Source: Candidatus Multivoradales bacterium
GTDB taxonomy: Bacteria; Acidobacteriota; Thermoanaerobaculia; Multivoradales; Multivoraceae
DNA: 64,000 nucleotides
NCBI GenBank assembly: GCA_965223325.1
Contig: CBDCWI010000002.1
Span: 4,160,001 to 4,224,000, forward strand
Reading direction: 5' to 3'
The translations under genes and the position numbers were made by a program. Each line of letters begins with the position of its first letter. Position 1 is the stretch's first letter. This document shows, piece by piece, positions 24,196-33,798 of the stretch. Under the pieces are notes generated by a model. That model was not told where the DNA came from and ran no database searches. It saw only the letters and a program-made list of their open reading frames with translations.

Positions 24196-25842
24196 TCAGT
24201 TCGCCGGCCTCCACTCACCGCGCGAGCAGAGCGCGGTTTCGAAGCGACCGAGGCCGTAGAACCAGACGCTTTGACAGCTTGCGCCGTCCGGGTTGCATTG
24301 ATTGGTGACGTATTCGAGGTGCTCGTTGTACATGTGGCCATCGTCGAAGACGCCGTTGGGGCAGGCCGTTGGTGCGGGTGGAGGCGGTGGTGGTGGCGGC
24401 TCGGTCGAACCGAGAAGGTGGTCGGCTTCCCAGAAGCCATCGCGACACAGTGCGGTGTCAAAACCCTCGAAGGAGGTGAACCATGTGTTGTTGCACGCTT
24501 GTTCGGCGACGGTGCAAGACACCAGGCCATCGACTGAGTCTGGGCAGGGCGCCGGCCGTGGAGTGGTTCCGGCCGGGTCACCACAGCTTTCGTCGATGAG
24601 ACCGCGGATCTCCTGAAGGTTGAGAAAACTCAGGTGACTGTCCGCGAGCTGTTCGGCTTGCCAGAGGTAGTCAGGTGCAACATCGCCAAGCGAACTGCCG
24701 TAGAGCTCGCCACCAACGACCAGGCCGTCGGCGTTGAGCTCGAGAATGTAGGTCAGCCGGTCAATGCGCTCAAACGAAGAAGCGGGCGTTGGGCTGACCG
24801 ACGGCTGCGATTCAGTCATCCAGATCAGATCCATCTCGACGTCCAGAAACGAGACCGCGTCGCCGTTGAAGATGTAGGCGCCGTTGGTCACGCCGAGCCG
24901 CGCCGCGGCTTGGGCAGCCGATACGGAGTCTTGACGGTTGATGCGGTAGCCCACCAGGGGTTGGTTCCAGATTTCTTCGCTTCGGATACGGTCGTAGATC
25001 AACGGACGGTCCTTGAGACCGAGAAAAGTCGTTACGACGACGTGAAAGGCACCGATGTTGGTGTCGAAACACTCCGAGTCGACGGGGCGGCCGAAGTCGT
25101 CGCGTTCGATGCCGCCGGCGCTGGCGCGACACGCGGCGCCTAGCCACATGCCACGGCGCCACGCTTCGTCGTAGGCCTGGATGAGGAGCGCTTCGAGGTC
25201 GCCGGTAAAGAATGTCACGCCGTTGCGTTCCACCGAGCCGCAGGGAGCACGTTCGAACAGTGCCGCCGGTGCCCAGGCGTGGCACAGGCCCCACCACGAC
25301 TCCATCGGCCATCCGGTCCATTCGGTTCCGTTGTCGATGAAGTCGCGAATACGATCGCGGTCGAGCTTGTTGCCGCGCAGGTTCGTCACCCAGTTGCCGA
25401 GAGGTCCGAGCACTTCGTGATAGCGCGTATCCCAGTCGGCCCAGTTCGAGCGCGTAAACGGCCGCAGGGAGGCGAAGTCTGTTGGCGGCGTCCAGCCGTT
25501 GAAGATCAGGTCATACTTCTCGGCCGGGGAGTACTCGGCGGTGCTGAGGCCCGGCTGACCGTCTGAGAACCAGCGCACATTGATCGTGTCCTGATAGAGC
25601 GGAAAGTACGAAGACGTCCACACCTCTTGCGACACGTGGGCGGTCCGCGGCACCCGGGTGGGGTCGCGCTCGAGACTGTGATTGAACCAATAGGGATTGC
25701 TGGTGCCATCCCAGGCGATGGCCTCGTGCTGGCGCTCGAGGGCGACGTCTTCACCGAAGGTCGAGCCAGCCGTCAGCAGGGCGAGGCAGACAATGGTGAT
25801 GGACGTTCGGCGGACGACGGCGGTCGCGGAGTTGTTCTTCAC
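24196..25842 (-). CDS. Secreted transglutaminase-elicitor (GP42-like) family protein
   Basis: WTSSYFP..DTINVRW, SPAEKYD, WWGLCHAWAPAA (catalytic Cys), FHV, EIWNQP; probable GTG start at 25842. Confidence 0.85.
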   Translation of the reverse strand: MKNNSATAVVRRTSITIVCLALLTAGSTFGEDVALERQHEAIAWDGTSNPYWFNHSLERDPTRVPRTAHVSQEVWTSSYFPLYQDTINVRWFSDGQPGLSTAEYSPAEKYDLIFNGWTPPTDFASLRPFTRSNWADWDTRYHEVLGPLGNWVTNLRGNKLDRDRIRDFIDNGTEWTGWPMESWWGLCHAWAPAALFERAPCGSVERNGVTFFTGDLEALLIQAYDEAWRRGMWLGAACRASAGGIERDDFGRPVDSECFDTNIGAFHVVVTTFLGLKDRPLIYDRIRSEEIWNQPLVGYRINRQDSVSAAQAAARLGVTNGAYIFNGDAVSFLDVEMDLIWMTESQPSVSPTPASSFERIDRLTYILELNADGLVVGGELYGSSLGDVAPDYLWQAEQLADSHLSFLNLQEIRGLIDESCGDPAGTTPRPAPCPDSVDGLVSCTVAEQACNNTWFTSFEGFDTALCRDGFWEADHLLGSTEPPPPPPPPAPTACPNGVFDDGHMYNEHLEYVTNQCNPDGASCQSVWFYGLGRFETALCSRGEWRPAN

Positions 25843-26166
25843 AGGTGGGGCTCTCCTAAGCACCTCGCGGCCTATCTCATCGTGAGTCGGATCGCCCGGA
25901 AGGGCGAAACCGTCGTCGAGGCGGCTGGTTGGCCCTAAGTCGACGCCGACTGGATTACGCGAGGAGAAGCAATGGGGACTGGAAGCTCCGATTGTAGACC
26001 TTCGGTCGAGGACTCGCGCGTCGATGAGCAAGAATGACAACTGAGCGACAGGGTCGCCCTCCGGAAAGCGGTGCTGGAGGTAGAATGATCTCCTGACCAG
26101 ATTGGCCGAAGAGTTTCGTCGTCTGCTGTCTCTTGTGATGTTCGTTGTCGTTCCGAGGGTTCCTCC

Positions 26167-28065
26167 ATGTCTCGCTCGCTCCCCCGCCTCATCGGACAGA
26201 ACGCGGGTGGTCGCGTCGCGATTGCGGCCAGCACCATCGCCCTTCTGATTCTCATCGGAGCGGCGCAGCTGCTCGACTCGGCTCCCGCTCGCGCAACGGA
26301 GGGCGAGACCGACGCCAGGAGCCTGACGGATCACGGGTCCGCGCTCCTAGACATCCTTTCACTTCAGCGCGGGGCTTTTACCCCAGGCGGTACGCAGCCG
26401 GGGCTTTCGCACGCCATGGCGAACCCGGGAAGCTGCGCCAGCTGCCATCAAGATGCGAGCCATCAGCCCTATCCGTCCTGGGCAGGAACGATGATGGCGA
26501 ACGCGACGCGCGACCCGATCTTCTGGGCGGCTCTCGACGTGGCCAACAACGACGTTCCAGGTGTGGGCGAGTTCTGCCTGCGTTGTCACACACCATCGGC
26601 CTGGTTGGCGGGGCGTGCCGACGCCGGAGGCGGTGGAGATCCGGTCGGTGACGCCGATGGTTGTGGCCTTCTGGGAACGCTCGACGGCGTAGACAACGAC
26701 TTCGAAGGTGTGAGCTGCCCTCTTTGCCATCGCATGATCGTGAACGACAACCCGCCGATGGGGGAGCCCAGTGCCTACACCGAGAACGCCCAGTTCTGGA
26801 TCGACGACGAGGTCTGTGCCGGTGCCGGCGAGCCCTGTCGACAGGGTCCCTACGACTATCCGATGGGCGGATCCGACGTGCCGCCGCCCCATGCTTGGGA
26901 GCACTCGGGCTACCTGACGGATTCGGCCCTCTGTGCGACATGCCACAACGTCAGCAATCCGTTCCAGATGCTGCGCGATACTGACGGCACGAACACGATG
27001 ATTCCGTTTCCGGCGGAACGCACCCACATGGAGTGGGAGCAAAGCGACTTCGCGGCCGGCCCGAACCCGACGCACTGCCAGGACTGCCACATGCCGCAGG
27101 CGACGGCCGACCCCGCCTATGCCTGCCTCCAGGCCCAGAACGATCGCGCCGGCGATCTCGCACAGCACCTGATGGTCGGCGGAAACACTTTCGTGCCGGC
27201 CATCCTCGCCGGGGAGTACCCGGGTCTCGGGCGCGGAGCCGCGTTTCAAGCCACGATCGACGCTGCTGAAAACTTGCTTGCCTCGGCAGCAACCGTGTCG
27301 GTGACCTCGTCCAATACCTCGCACGCTGGCGGTGTGCAGCGGGTCGATCTGCGAGTGAGCAACCTGTCGGGCCACAAGCTGCCGACCGGCTACGCCGAAG
27401 GCCGGCGCATGTGGCTGCATGTTGTGGCGCGCGACGCCTCAGATCAGGTGATCTGGGAAAGTGGGGCCTGGAACGCGACGAATGGTGCACTCGCCACGGA
27501 TCCTCAGCTGCAGGTCTGGGAACGTCGTCAGGGCATATGGGATAGCGGCACGAGTTCTTGCAAGATCACCGATGACTTCGGCGACGCCGTGTTTCACTTC
27601 GCGCTCGACAATTGCATTGCCCTCGACAACCGCATTCCGCCTCAAGGCTTTACGGGAGGATCAGATCTCGAGACCAGGCCGGTCGGTGCGACCTTCCCGG
27701 AGACCTCGCCCGGTTCTGGCGAGTTGGTGCACTGGGATGACGTGCACTACGACATTACGATCCCAGCTGGAACCACCGGCCCGGTCGAAATCGAGGCGAC
27801 GCTCCTCTTTCAAGCGGTGAGTCGTGAGTACATCGAGTTCCTCCGCGACGAGGCGGTGGATGAGGGCTTTGCCGATGACTGCACGCCGCGCTCGGATGGA
27901 CTGCCAGGAATGACGCGCGGCGAGCTCCTCTATGGTTTGTGGGAGGAGTATGGTCGGTCGGCACCGGTCTCGATGGCGGTGACTTCGATTGCCAAGCCGT
28001 TGGCCCTGTTTGCCGACGATTTCGAGTCTGGCGATGAGTCGGCATGGAGCAACAGCAAGCCCTGA
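26167..28065 (+). CDS. Secreted multiheme (5x CxxCH) c-type cytochrome
   Basis: CASCH, CLRCH, CPLCH, CATCH, CQDCH; GHKLPTG..EGRRMWL; C-terminal LFADDFESGD. Confidence 0.9.
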   Translation: MSRSLPRLIGQNAGGRVAIAASTIALLILIGAAQLLDSAPARATEGETDARSLTDHGSALLDILSLQRGAFTPGGTQPGLSHAMANPGSCASCHQDASHQPYPSWAGTMMANATRDPIFWAALDVANNDVPGVGEFCLRCHTPSAWLAGRADAGGGGDPVGDADGCGLLGTLDGVDNDFEGVSCPLCHRMIVNDNPPMGEPSAYTENAQFWIDDEVCAGAGEPCRQGPYDYPMGGSDVPPPHAWEHSGYLTDSALCATCHNVSNPFQMLRDTDGTNTMIPFPAERTHMEWEQSDFAAGPNPTHCQDCHMPQATADPAYACLQAQNDRAGDLAQHLMVGGNTFVPAILAGEYPGLGRGAAFQATIDAAENLLASAATVSVTSSNTSHAGGVQRVDLRVSNLSGHKLPTGYAEGRRMWLHVVARDASDQVIWESGAWNATNGALATDPQLQVWERRQGIWDSGTSSCKITDDFGDAVFHFALDNCIALDNRIPPQGFTGGSDLETRPVGATFPETSPGSGELVHWDDVHYDITIPAGTTGPVEIEATLLFQAVSREYIEFLRDEAVDEGFADDCTPRSDGLPGMTRGELLYGLWEEYGRSAPVSMAVTSIAKPLALFADDFESGDESAWSNSKP

Positions 28066-28083
28066 CGGTGGTGGGCCGGCGCG

Positions 28084-28785
28084 TTAGTTGGTCGTCGCGG
28101 CGCGATCAGGTGCCGGCCGCGCCAGCCATGTGCCCTCGCCACTAGCCGCGGCCCAGCAGCCGCCCGCCTCGCGACGCTCGGACTTGTAGTTCCAGGTGCC
28201 TTCGAGCTGGTCGAAGGCGGTGAAGCGACCCTCGAGAATCAGCTGCGCGCGTTGACCGATGGCCGAGTCTTCGAGGCCGGTCACAGCGAGCGAGCCGTTG
28301 ACGTCGGCGGGGCGTTCGTCTTCGGTCTTGCCCGCCGGCCCGGGGGGAACGTAGCGCCAACTGCCGGTGGTCGTAGGGTCCTGCGGCCAGAACATGACCC
28401 AGGAAGATTGCTCTTCGAGGGCGCGCAGTTGCGCACGGTCGATGTTGCCGAGCAGCTGCACGGAGCTCGCCTCTTCACCCGGTGCTCTCGACTCGCCCTC
28501 GAAGGCGAGCACAAAATGCAGTCGACCGTCTCCCTCGAGCTCGAGCCAGGTCGGCGGCTTGGGATCAGCGAAGAGAGGCATCGGTTGACGTTCGGTATGG
28601 CCCCTGGTGCAGATGACCGGCGTCGAGCCGCCCGAGCGCGAGGTGATGGCTCCAGTGATCTGTTCGAACTGCCAGCGTCCCAGCGGAGGCTCGGGCGGCG
28701 GGCCTGGTAGAGGCTCGCTTTGCGGAGTGCAGCCCGCCGCGGCCAGGAATACGACGCCCGCCAGGCGCAGCTCACTCCAGTTCAC
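28084..28785 (-). CDS. Putative lipoprotein
   Basis: AAGC lipobox; overlaps the nudC stop codon. Confidence 0.7.
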   Translation of the reverse strand: MNWSELRLAGVVFLAAAGCTPQSEPLPGPPPEPPLGRWQFEQITGAITSRSGGSTPVICTRGHTERQPMPLFADPKPPTWLELEGDGRLHFVLAFEGESRAPGEEASSVQLLGNIDRAQLRALEEQSSWVMFWPQDPTTTGSWRYVPPGPAGKTEDERPADVNGSLAVTGLEDSAIGQRAQLILEGRFTAFDQLEGTWNYKSERREAGGCWAAASGEGTWLARPAPDRAATTN

Positions 28786-29723
28786 TCGCTATCCAACCAG
28801 GCATCGACCAGTCGACGGGCGATCGACAGTGGCGGTGGCAAACGGATCTCACGCATTCTGAGTGCAGTGCGCAGCTCACGGCGATCGAACCAGCGGGCGT
28901 CCTCGAGCTCATCTTCGCCGACGTCCGGCTCGCCGCCCGGAGAGCGGGCCATGAACCCCAGCATCAGAGACTGTGGAAAGGGCCATGGCTGCGAAGAGTG
29001 GTACGTCGCGTCGGTGACGACGATGCGCGTTTCCTCGTAGACCTCACGCGCGACCGAAGACTCGAGGCTCTCACCAGCCTCACAGAAGCCGGCGAGCGCC
29101 GAGTAGAAGCCCGGTGGCCAACTGGGCTGGCGACCGAGCAGGGCGCGCTGGTTGTCGATCGTGGTCACCAGCATGATCACTGCCGGGTCGGTGCGCGGAA
29201 AGACCTGGGTGTCGCAGTCGGAGTCTGTGCAGACCCGCTGATGGCCGGCGAGTTCGATCCTGGTTGGCTCGCCGCAGCGCCCGCAATGCCTGGCCTGTGC
29301 GTGCCAGTGGCAGAGAGCGCGCGAATAGGCGAGGAGCGACCCGTCGCGAGCGGAGAGCATCGCCCCGACCTGACGAAGGTCGTTGATCACCGCGTTGCGA
29401 TCGAGTCCGGCGACTGTTTCTTCTTCCAGATGAGAGAGATCCATACAGAAGAAGGACTGTTCGCCGTGGCGACCAAGAAAGAGGGGCGGCGAATCGCTCT
29501 GCCATGCCGAGACCGCGGAGAGCGGTAGGAGAACAGCGAACGGCGGATCGTCAGGCACAACCAAGCATCGCGAACTCCAAACCGGAACGATCAACGTCGA
29601 GGCCTCTTCGAGGCGCCGTGCGATCCAACCCGAGTCTTCGCGACGGTAAGAAACACGATCCAATGTGCGATCGTCAAAGAAGTTGCTGCGCGGCAAAACG
29701 GTCCGGTTCTCCCCTTGGCCCAT
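28782..29723 (-). CDS. nudC: NAD(+) diphosphatase / NADH pyrophosphatase
   Basis: Zn finger CGRCG..C..C, FPRTDPAVI, Nudix box AGFCEAGESLE..VAREVYEE, SQPWPFPQSLM. Confidence 0.95.
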   Translation of the reverse strand: MGQGENRTVLPRSNFFDDRTLDRVSYRREDSGWIARRLEEASTLIVPVWSSRCLVVPDDPPFAVLLPLSAVSAWQSDSPPLFLGRHGEQSFFCMDLSHLEEETVAGLDRNAVINDLRQVGAMLSARDGSLLAYSRALCHWHAQARHCGRCGEPTRIELAGHQRVCTDSDCDTQVFPRTDPAVIMLVTTIDNQRALLGRQPSWPPGFYSALAGFCEAGESLESSVAREVYEETRIVVTDATYHSSQPWPFPQSLMLGFMARSPGGEPDVGEDELEDARWFDRRELRTALRMREIRLPPPLSIARRLVDAWLDSE

Positions 29724-29806
29724 AGGCTTGGCTACGAGGTCGCAACGTTACCAAGAACGAAGAAGCGCTCTGGCGCTCGGATACCCAGGAGTGGAATGCT
29801 TGGCTC

Positions 29807-31099
29807 ATGAACCACCAAGAGAGCAAACGCGACGTCGACCGCGCGATCGAGGATCACAGCAAGGCACTCTGGGATCTACTCTCGCCGGTCGCGAGACGAG
29901 CAGAGTATCCACGCGACGTGCCGTTTCAGGCGGCCGAGGCCCGTGGCACGCGTTACAACGCCACCATCGGGCAGCTCACCGACGGTCACGGCAGGGTGTT
30001 GGGTCTGCCGACGGTTGAGGAGACGCTCTCGTCGCTGTCATCAAATGAGCGCAACCGCGCGCTCTTGTACTCCCCGATTGGCGGGTTTCCAGCTTTGCGC
30101 GAAGCGTGGCGAGCGCGCGAGCTCGGTGGGCGAGACCTCGAGTCGAGCCTGCCGATCGTGACGGTCGGTCTCACGCACGCGTTGGCGCTCGCCGCCGACC
30201 TCTTCGGTGGCCCGGGGCGACCGGTTCTGGTTCCCGACCCGTGCTGGGGAAACTACGAGCAGGTCTTCGGACTGCGAACGGGCGCCGAGTTGATCTCCGT
30301 GCCGGCCTTTGCCGAGCGCCGGTTCCAGCCGGAGTCGTTTGCCATAGCGCTCGACGCCTTGCCGGACAGACAGCCGGCGGTGGTCATTCTCAACTTTCCT
30401 GCCAATCCGGTGGGTTATATGCCAACGCGAGAAGAGCGTGGCCAGCTCGCCAGCGCGCTGGCCGACGCAGCGACCAGGCGTCCGGTGGTGGTTGTTTGTG
30501 ATGACGCGTATCAGGGGCTGGTGTTCGACGCCGACGTACCGCGCGAGTCTCTTTACCTGGAGCTGCTCGGCCGCCACCCGAGCCTCTTTCCGGTGCGCGT
30601 ATCGGGTGCGACCAAGGAGCTGGTGTTCTTCGGCGGCCGCGTAGGGTTCTTGAGTCTTCCGTTCTCTCCCACCTCGGAGGTCTGGAGGGCCCTCGAGAAC
30701 AAGTTGCTCTGTCTCCTGCGAGCCGGTGTTGGGTCGCCGTCGGCGCTTTCACAGGTGGTGATGCTGCGGGCACTCGGAGCAGAGTCGCTGGACCGAGAGA
30801 TCGAGTCCGTGCGCAGCACCCTCGAAGCTCGACACAAGAAACTCGTTCTGGCACTCGCAGAGGTCGACGACGACGTCTTGCGCCTGATGCCGTCGAACGC
30901 CGGAGCCTTCGCTCTCATCGAGGTGCCGCCGGGGATCGATCCCGATCGCCTCCGCCACCATCTCATCGAGCACCAAGACACCGGTGTTGTGTCGGTTGCG
31001 CCGTGCTACCTTCGCCTGGCGTTCTGTTCCGTCGACCTGGACGACATCGGTGCCCTCGTTGCACGGCTCGAGGTCGGAGTGCGCGCCGTCGCTCCGTAG
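29807..31099 (+). CDS. Class I/II PLP-dependent aminotransferase
   Basis: YNATIG, NFPANP.G, DDAY, GATKE..FFGGRVG. Confidence 0.9.
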   Translation: MNHQESKRDVDRAIEDHSKALWDLLSPVARRAEYPRDVPFQAAEARGTRYNATIGQLTDGHGRVLGLPTVEETLSSLSSNERNRALLYSPIGGFPALREAWRARELGGRDLESSLPIVTVGLTHALALAADLFGGPGRPVLVPDPCWGNYEQVFGLRTGAELISVPAFAERRFQPESFAIALDALPDRQPAVVILNFPANPVGYMPTREERGQLASALADAATRRPVVVVCDDAYQGLVFDADVPRESLYLELLGRHPSLFPVRVSGATKELVFFGGRVGFLSLPFSPTSEVWRALENKLLCLLRAGVGSPSALSQVVMLRALGAESLDREIESVRSTLEARHKKLVLALAEVDDDVLRLMPSNAGAFALIEVPPGIDPDRLRHHLIEHQDTGVVSVAPCYLRLAFCSVDLDDIGALVARLEVGVRAVAP

Positions 31100-31110
31100 C
31101 AACGCGCGGT

Positions 31111-31932
31111 TTACAGCACCGCCAACGACAGCGATGCGCCCTGGGGGATTCCTCGGAGCCATTCCGGGTAGGGGGTCAGGGCGTGCTGAAGCAAGAGGTG
31201 ACAGCGCCCGCGCTCTGCGATCTGGTCTGGGCAGGTGAGCTCTTCGTGGTGTTTGAGGTAGTAGGCGCGATAGCCGACCTGGTTGCACCACGCCAGGACC
31301 CGGCTCGCGTTCTCCGCCATGGAGAGCTCGGGGGAGGAATGCATCTCGACCAGGAAGCGAGGTCGGTGCTCTGTGGCCAGTTGCCTCGCTCCAGAGAGCA
31401 CCAGCGCTTCGGCGCCTTCGACGTCGATCTTGATCAGGTCGGGTACCCTGGCGCCCGAGGAAACGATGGCATCCAGAGTCACCGTTTGGACGCGGCGCGG
31501 CGGGAGTTTTCCACCCGAGACGGCGTGCGAGGCGAACATGCTGCCAGCTGCACCAGCCCCTTCGGTGAAGAAGTCGATCTCGTCGTCGTTGCGGTCAGCG
31601 GCGAAGGACGACAGCACGTCGATCCTGGAGTCGAGGCCGTTGGCTTCGAGGTTCTCGATCGCCAGAGCCAAGGCCTCGCGGTTGGGTTCGAAGAGAGTGG
31701 CGTGCTCGATCGAGCCGTACAGAAGTGCCAGGAGAGAGTCGTAGCCAACGTTCGCTCCGACATCGAAGAGCACCGTGGCATGTCGACAGCAGGCCAGGAA
31801 CCAGGCGTCATCGTAGTCGGCCTCCTTGCGAAAGGTTCCGAGCCTCGTCTTCACCCGCTGGCCGAGAACATCATGGTGCTGCCAGTGGACCCCAAGAGCC
31901 ACTTTCGTTCGATGGATGATGCTCGAGATCAC
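31111..31932 (-). CDS. FkbM family methyltransferase
   Basis: FDVGANVG, FEPN, IKIDVEGAE. Confidence 0.9.
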   Translation of the reverse strand: MISSIIHRTKVALGVHWQHHDVLGQRVKTRLGTFRKEADYDDAWFLACCRHATVLFDVGANVGYDSLLALLYGSIEHATLFEPNREALALAIENLEANGLDSRIDVLSSFAADRNDDEIDFFTEGAGAAGSMFASHAVSGGKLPPRRVQTVTLDAIVSSGARVPDLIKIDVEGAEALVLSGARQLATEHRPRFLVEMHSSPELSMAENASRVLAWCNQVGYRAYYLKHHEELTCPDQIAERGRCHLLLQHALTPYPEWLRGIPQGASLSLAVL

Positions 31933-32129
31933 GGTTCCGCCTTTCGGTGAATAGAGGCAACGGTGCCGGCGCCGGGAAGAATAGAATAACTTGAAATACT
32001 CGAAAACATCAATCCGGGTCGGGGGGGGAAGCGATCCTCATGGTCATGGCCGCCCGAATCGGGTGGACTGCCTGGTACGGTCGCCAGATCCCACCAACTC
32101 ATCGCCTGGGCGAGAAGGAATGAGGCTCG

Positions 32130-33008
32130 ATGAGCGAGTTCAAGGACAAGGTCGTGGTGATCACTGGTGCCGGCGGAGGTCTCGGCAGGGCGCACGCCCT
32201 CGAGTTTGCACGCCGCGGAGCGAAGGTCTTAGTCAACGACCTCGGCGGCAGTGGCGATGGAACCGGTGCGAGTGACATGGCCGATGACGTCGTCGACGAG
32301 ATCAAGCAAGCGGGAGGCGTTGCAATCGCCAACAAGGCGTCGGTCGCGGATCGTGCCGGGGCGAAGTCGATCATCGACGATGCGGTGGCGGAGTTCGGGA
32401 CAGTCGACATCCTGGTCAACAACGCCGGCATTCTGCGCGACAAGACCTTCAAGAAGCTCGATCTCGACGACTGGGATCTGCTCATCAACGTGCACCTGAA
32501 CGGCACCGCCTACGTGACCCATGCCGCGTGGCCGATCATGTACGAGAAGCGCTACGGCCGCATCGTGATGACCAGTTCGACTTCGGGGATCTACGGCAAC
32601 TTCGGTCAGGCGAACTACGGCGCGGCCAAGATGGGCATGCTCGGGCTGATCAACGTTCTGGCCATCGAAGGAGCCGGCAAGAACGTTTGCGTCAACGGTC
32701 TCGCTCCGGCGGCCGCGACGCGCCTGATCGCGACGATTCCGGGTCGCGAAGACCTCGACCATTCGAATCCTCCACCCGAAGTGCATCCGAAGCTCGTTAC
32801 GCCGGCGGTCCTCCTCCTGTGTGGCGACGATGCGCCAACCGGCACGACGATCCAGGCCGGTGGGGGGCGCTTCTCGACCTGCGCGGTGTTCAACAACGAC
32901 GACGTTGACCTGGGGGTCGACGCGACCTACGAGGGGCTGCTGGCGAAGCGCGAACAGCTGCTCGACATGAGCGGTGCCCAACAAGGGTGGAACCGCACGC
33001 GCAACTGA
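32130..33008 (+). CDS. SDR (3-hydroxyacyl-CoA dehydrogenase, MFE-2-like)
   Basis: TGAGGGLG, VNDLGG, GNFGQANYGAAK. Confidence 0.93.
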   Translation: MSEFKDKVVVITGAGGGLGRAHALEFARRGAKVLVNDLGGSGDGTGASDMADDVVDEIKQAGGVAIANKASVADRAGAKSIIDDAVAEFGTVDILVNNAGILRDKTFKKLDLDDWDLLINVHLNGTAYVTHAAWPIMYEKRYGRIVMTSSTSGIYGNFGQANYGAAKMGMLGLINVLAIEGAGKNVCVNGLAPAAATRLIATIPGREDLDHSNPPPEVHPKLVTPAVLLLCGDDAPTGTTIQAGGGRFSTCAVFNNDDVDLGVDATYEGLLAKREQLLDMSGAQQGWNRTRN

Positions 33009-33083
33009 ACAGGCCGAGAACATTCTGAGGGCCGCGGTGAACGACACAATGAGAGAACGCCTCACCCCTCGTACGGGGTCGCT

Positions 33084-33548
33084 TTGATGGTCGAAGAGAA
33101 GTCCATCGCCCATCGGCGGTTTCTCGAGCTGGCCGTGGCCGAGGCGCGGCAGGGGCTCGAAGAAGGCGGCGTGCCGATCGGCTCGATTCTGGTGATCGAC
33201 GGGGAGGTCAAGGGACGGGGCCACAACCGCCGAGTTCAGCGTGGAAGCGTCGTGCTGCACGCCGAGATGGACTGCCTCGAGAACGCCGGTCGCCTGCCGG
33301 CCGCCGCCTACCAGCGTTCGACGCTCTACACGACGCTCTCGCCGTGCGACATGTGCAGTGGGGCGGCTCTGCTCTATGGCATCCCACATATCGTGATTGG
33401 TGAGAACACGACGTTTCGAGGTGCCGAAGATCACCTGCGAGCGCGCGGCGTCGAACTGACTGTGATGCATGACGAGCAGTGCATCGAGTTGATGCGCTCA
33501 TTCATTGAGCGTCAGTCAGAACTCTGGAACGAGGACATCGGCGTCTAG
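33084..33548 (+). CDS. Cytosine/nucleoside deaminase (yeast Fcy1-like)
   Basis: HAE, SPCDMC, WNEDIG. Confidence 0.9.
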   Translation: MMVEEKSIAHRRFLELAVAEARQGLEEGGVPIGSILVIDGEVKGRGHNRRVQRGSVVLHAEMDCLENAGRLPAAAYQRSTLYTTLSPCDMCSGAALLYGIPHIVIGENTTFRGAEDHLRARGVELTVMHDEQCIELMRSFIERQSELWNEDIGV

Positions 33549-33798
33549 TTGCCGCTCAGGCGTTCCGCCTGACCCCGGGCCGGCTCTCGACTTGGCCTCC
33601 GGATGGTCTCGACCGCCGGAGAATCGGCGAAAGACTGTCGTGACCTGAACCACCCACGGGCCGGTAAACCTCCGATTGCGGAGATAGCCTGCCGTCGTAC
33701 GAGGGCACAGGCCTTGCACCGTCCTTACGATCTGACCCTTGTACCCTGCGGTTCCCACAGCCGGGCCCAGAGGCTCTGAGCATCACCGAGGTTTCTTC

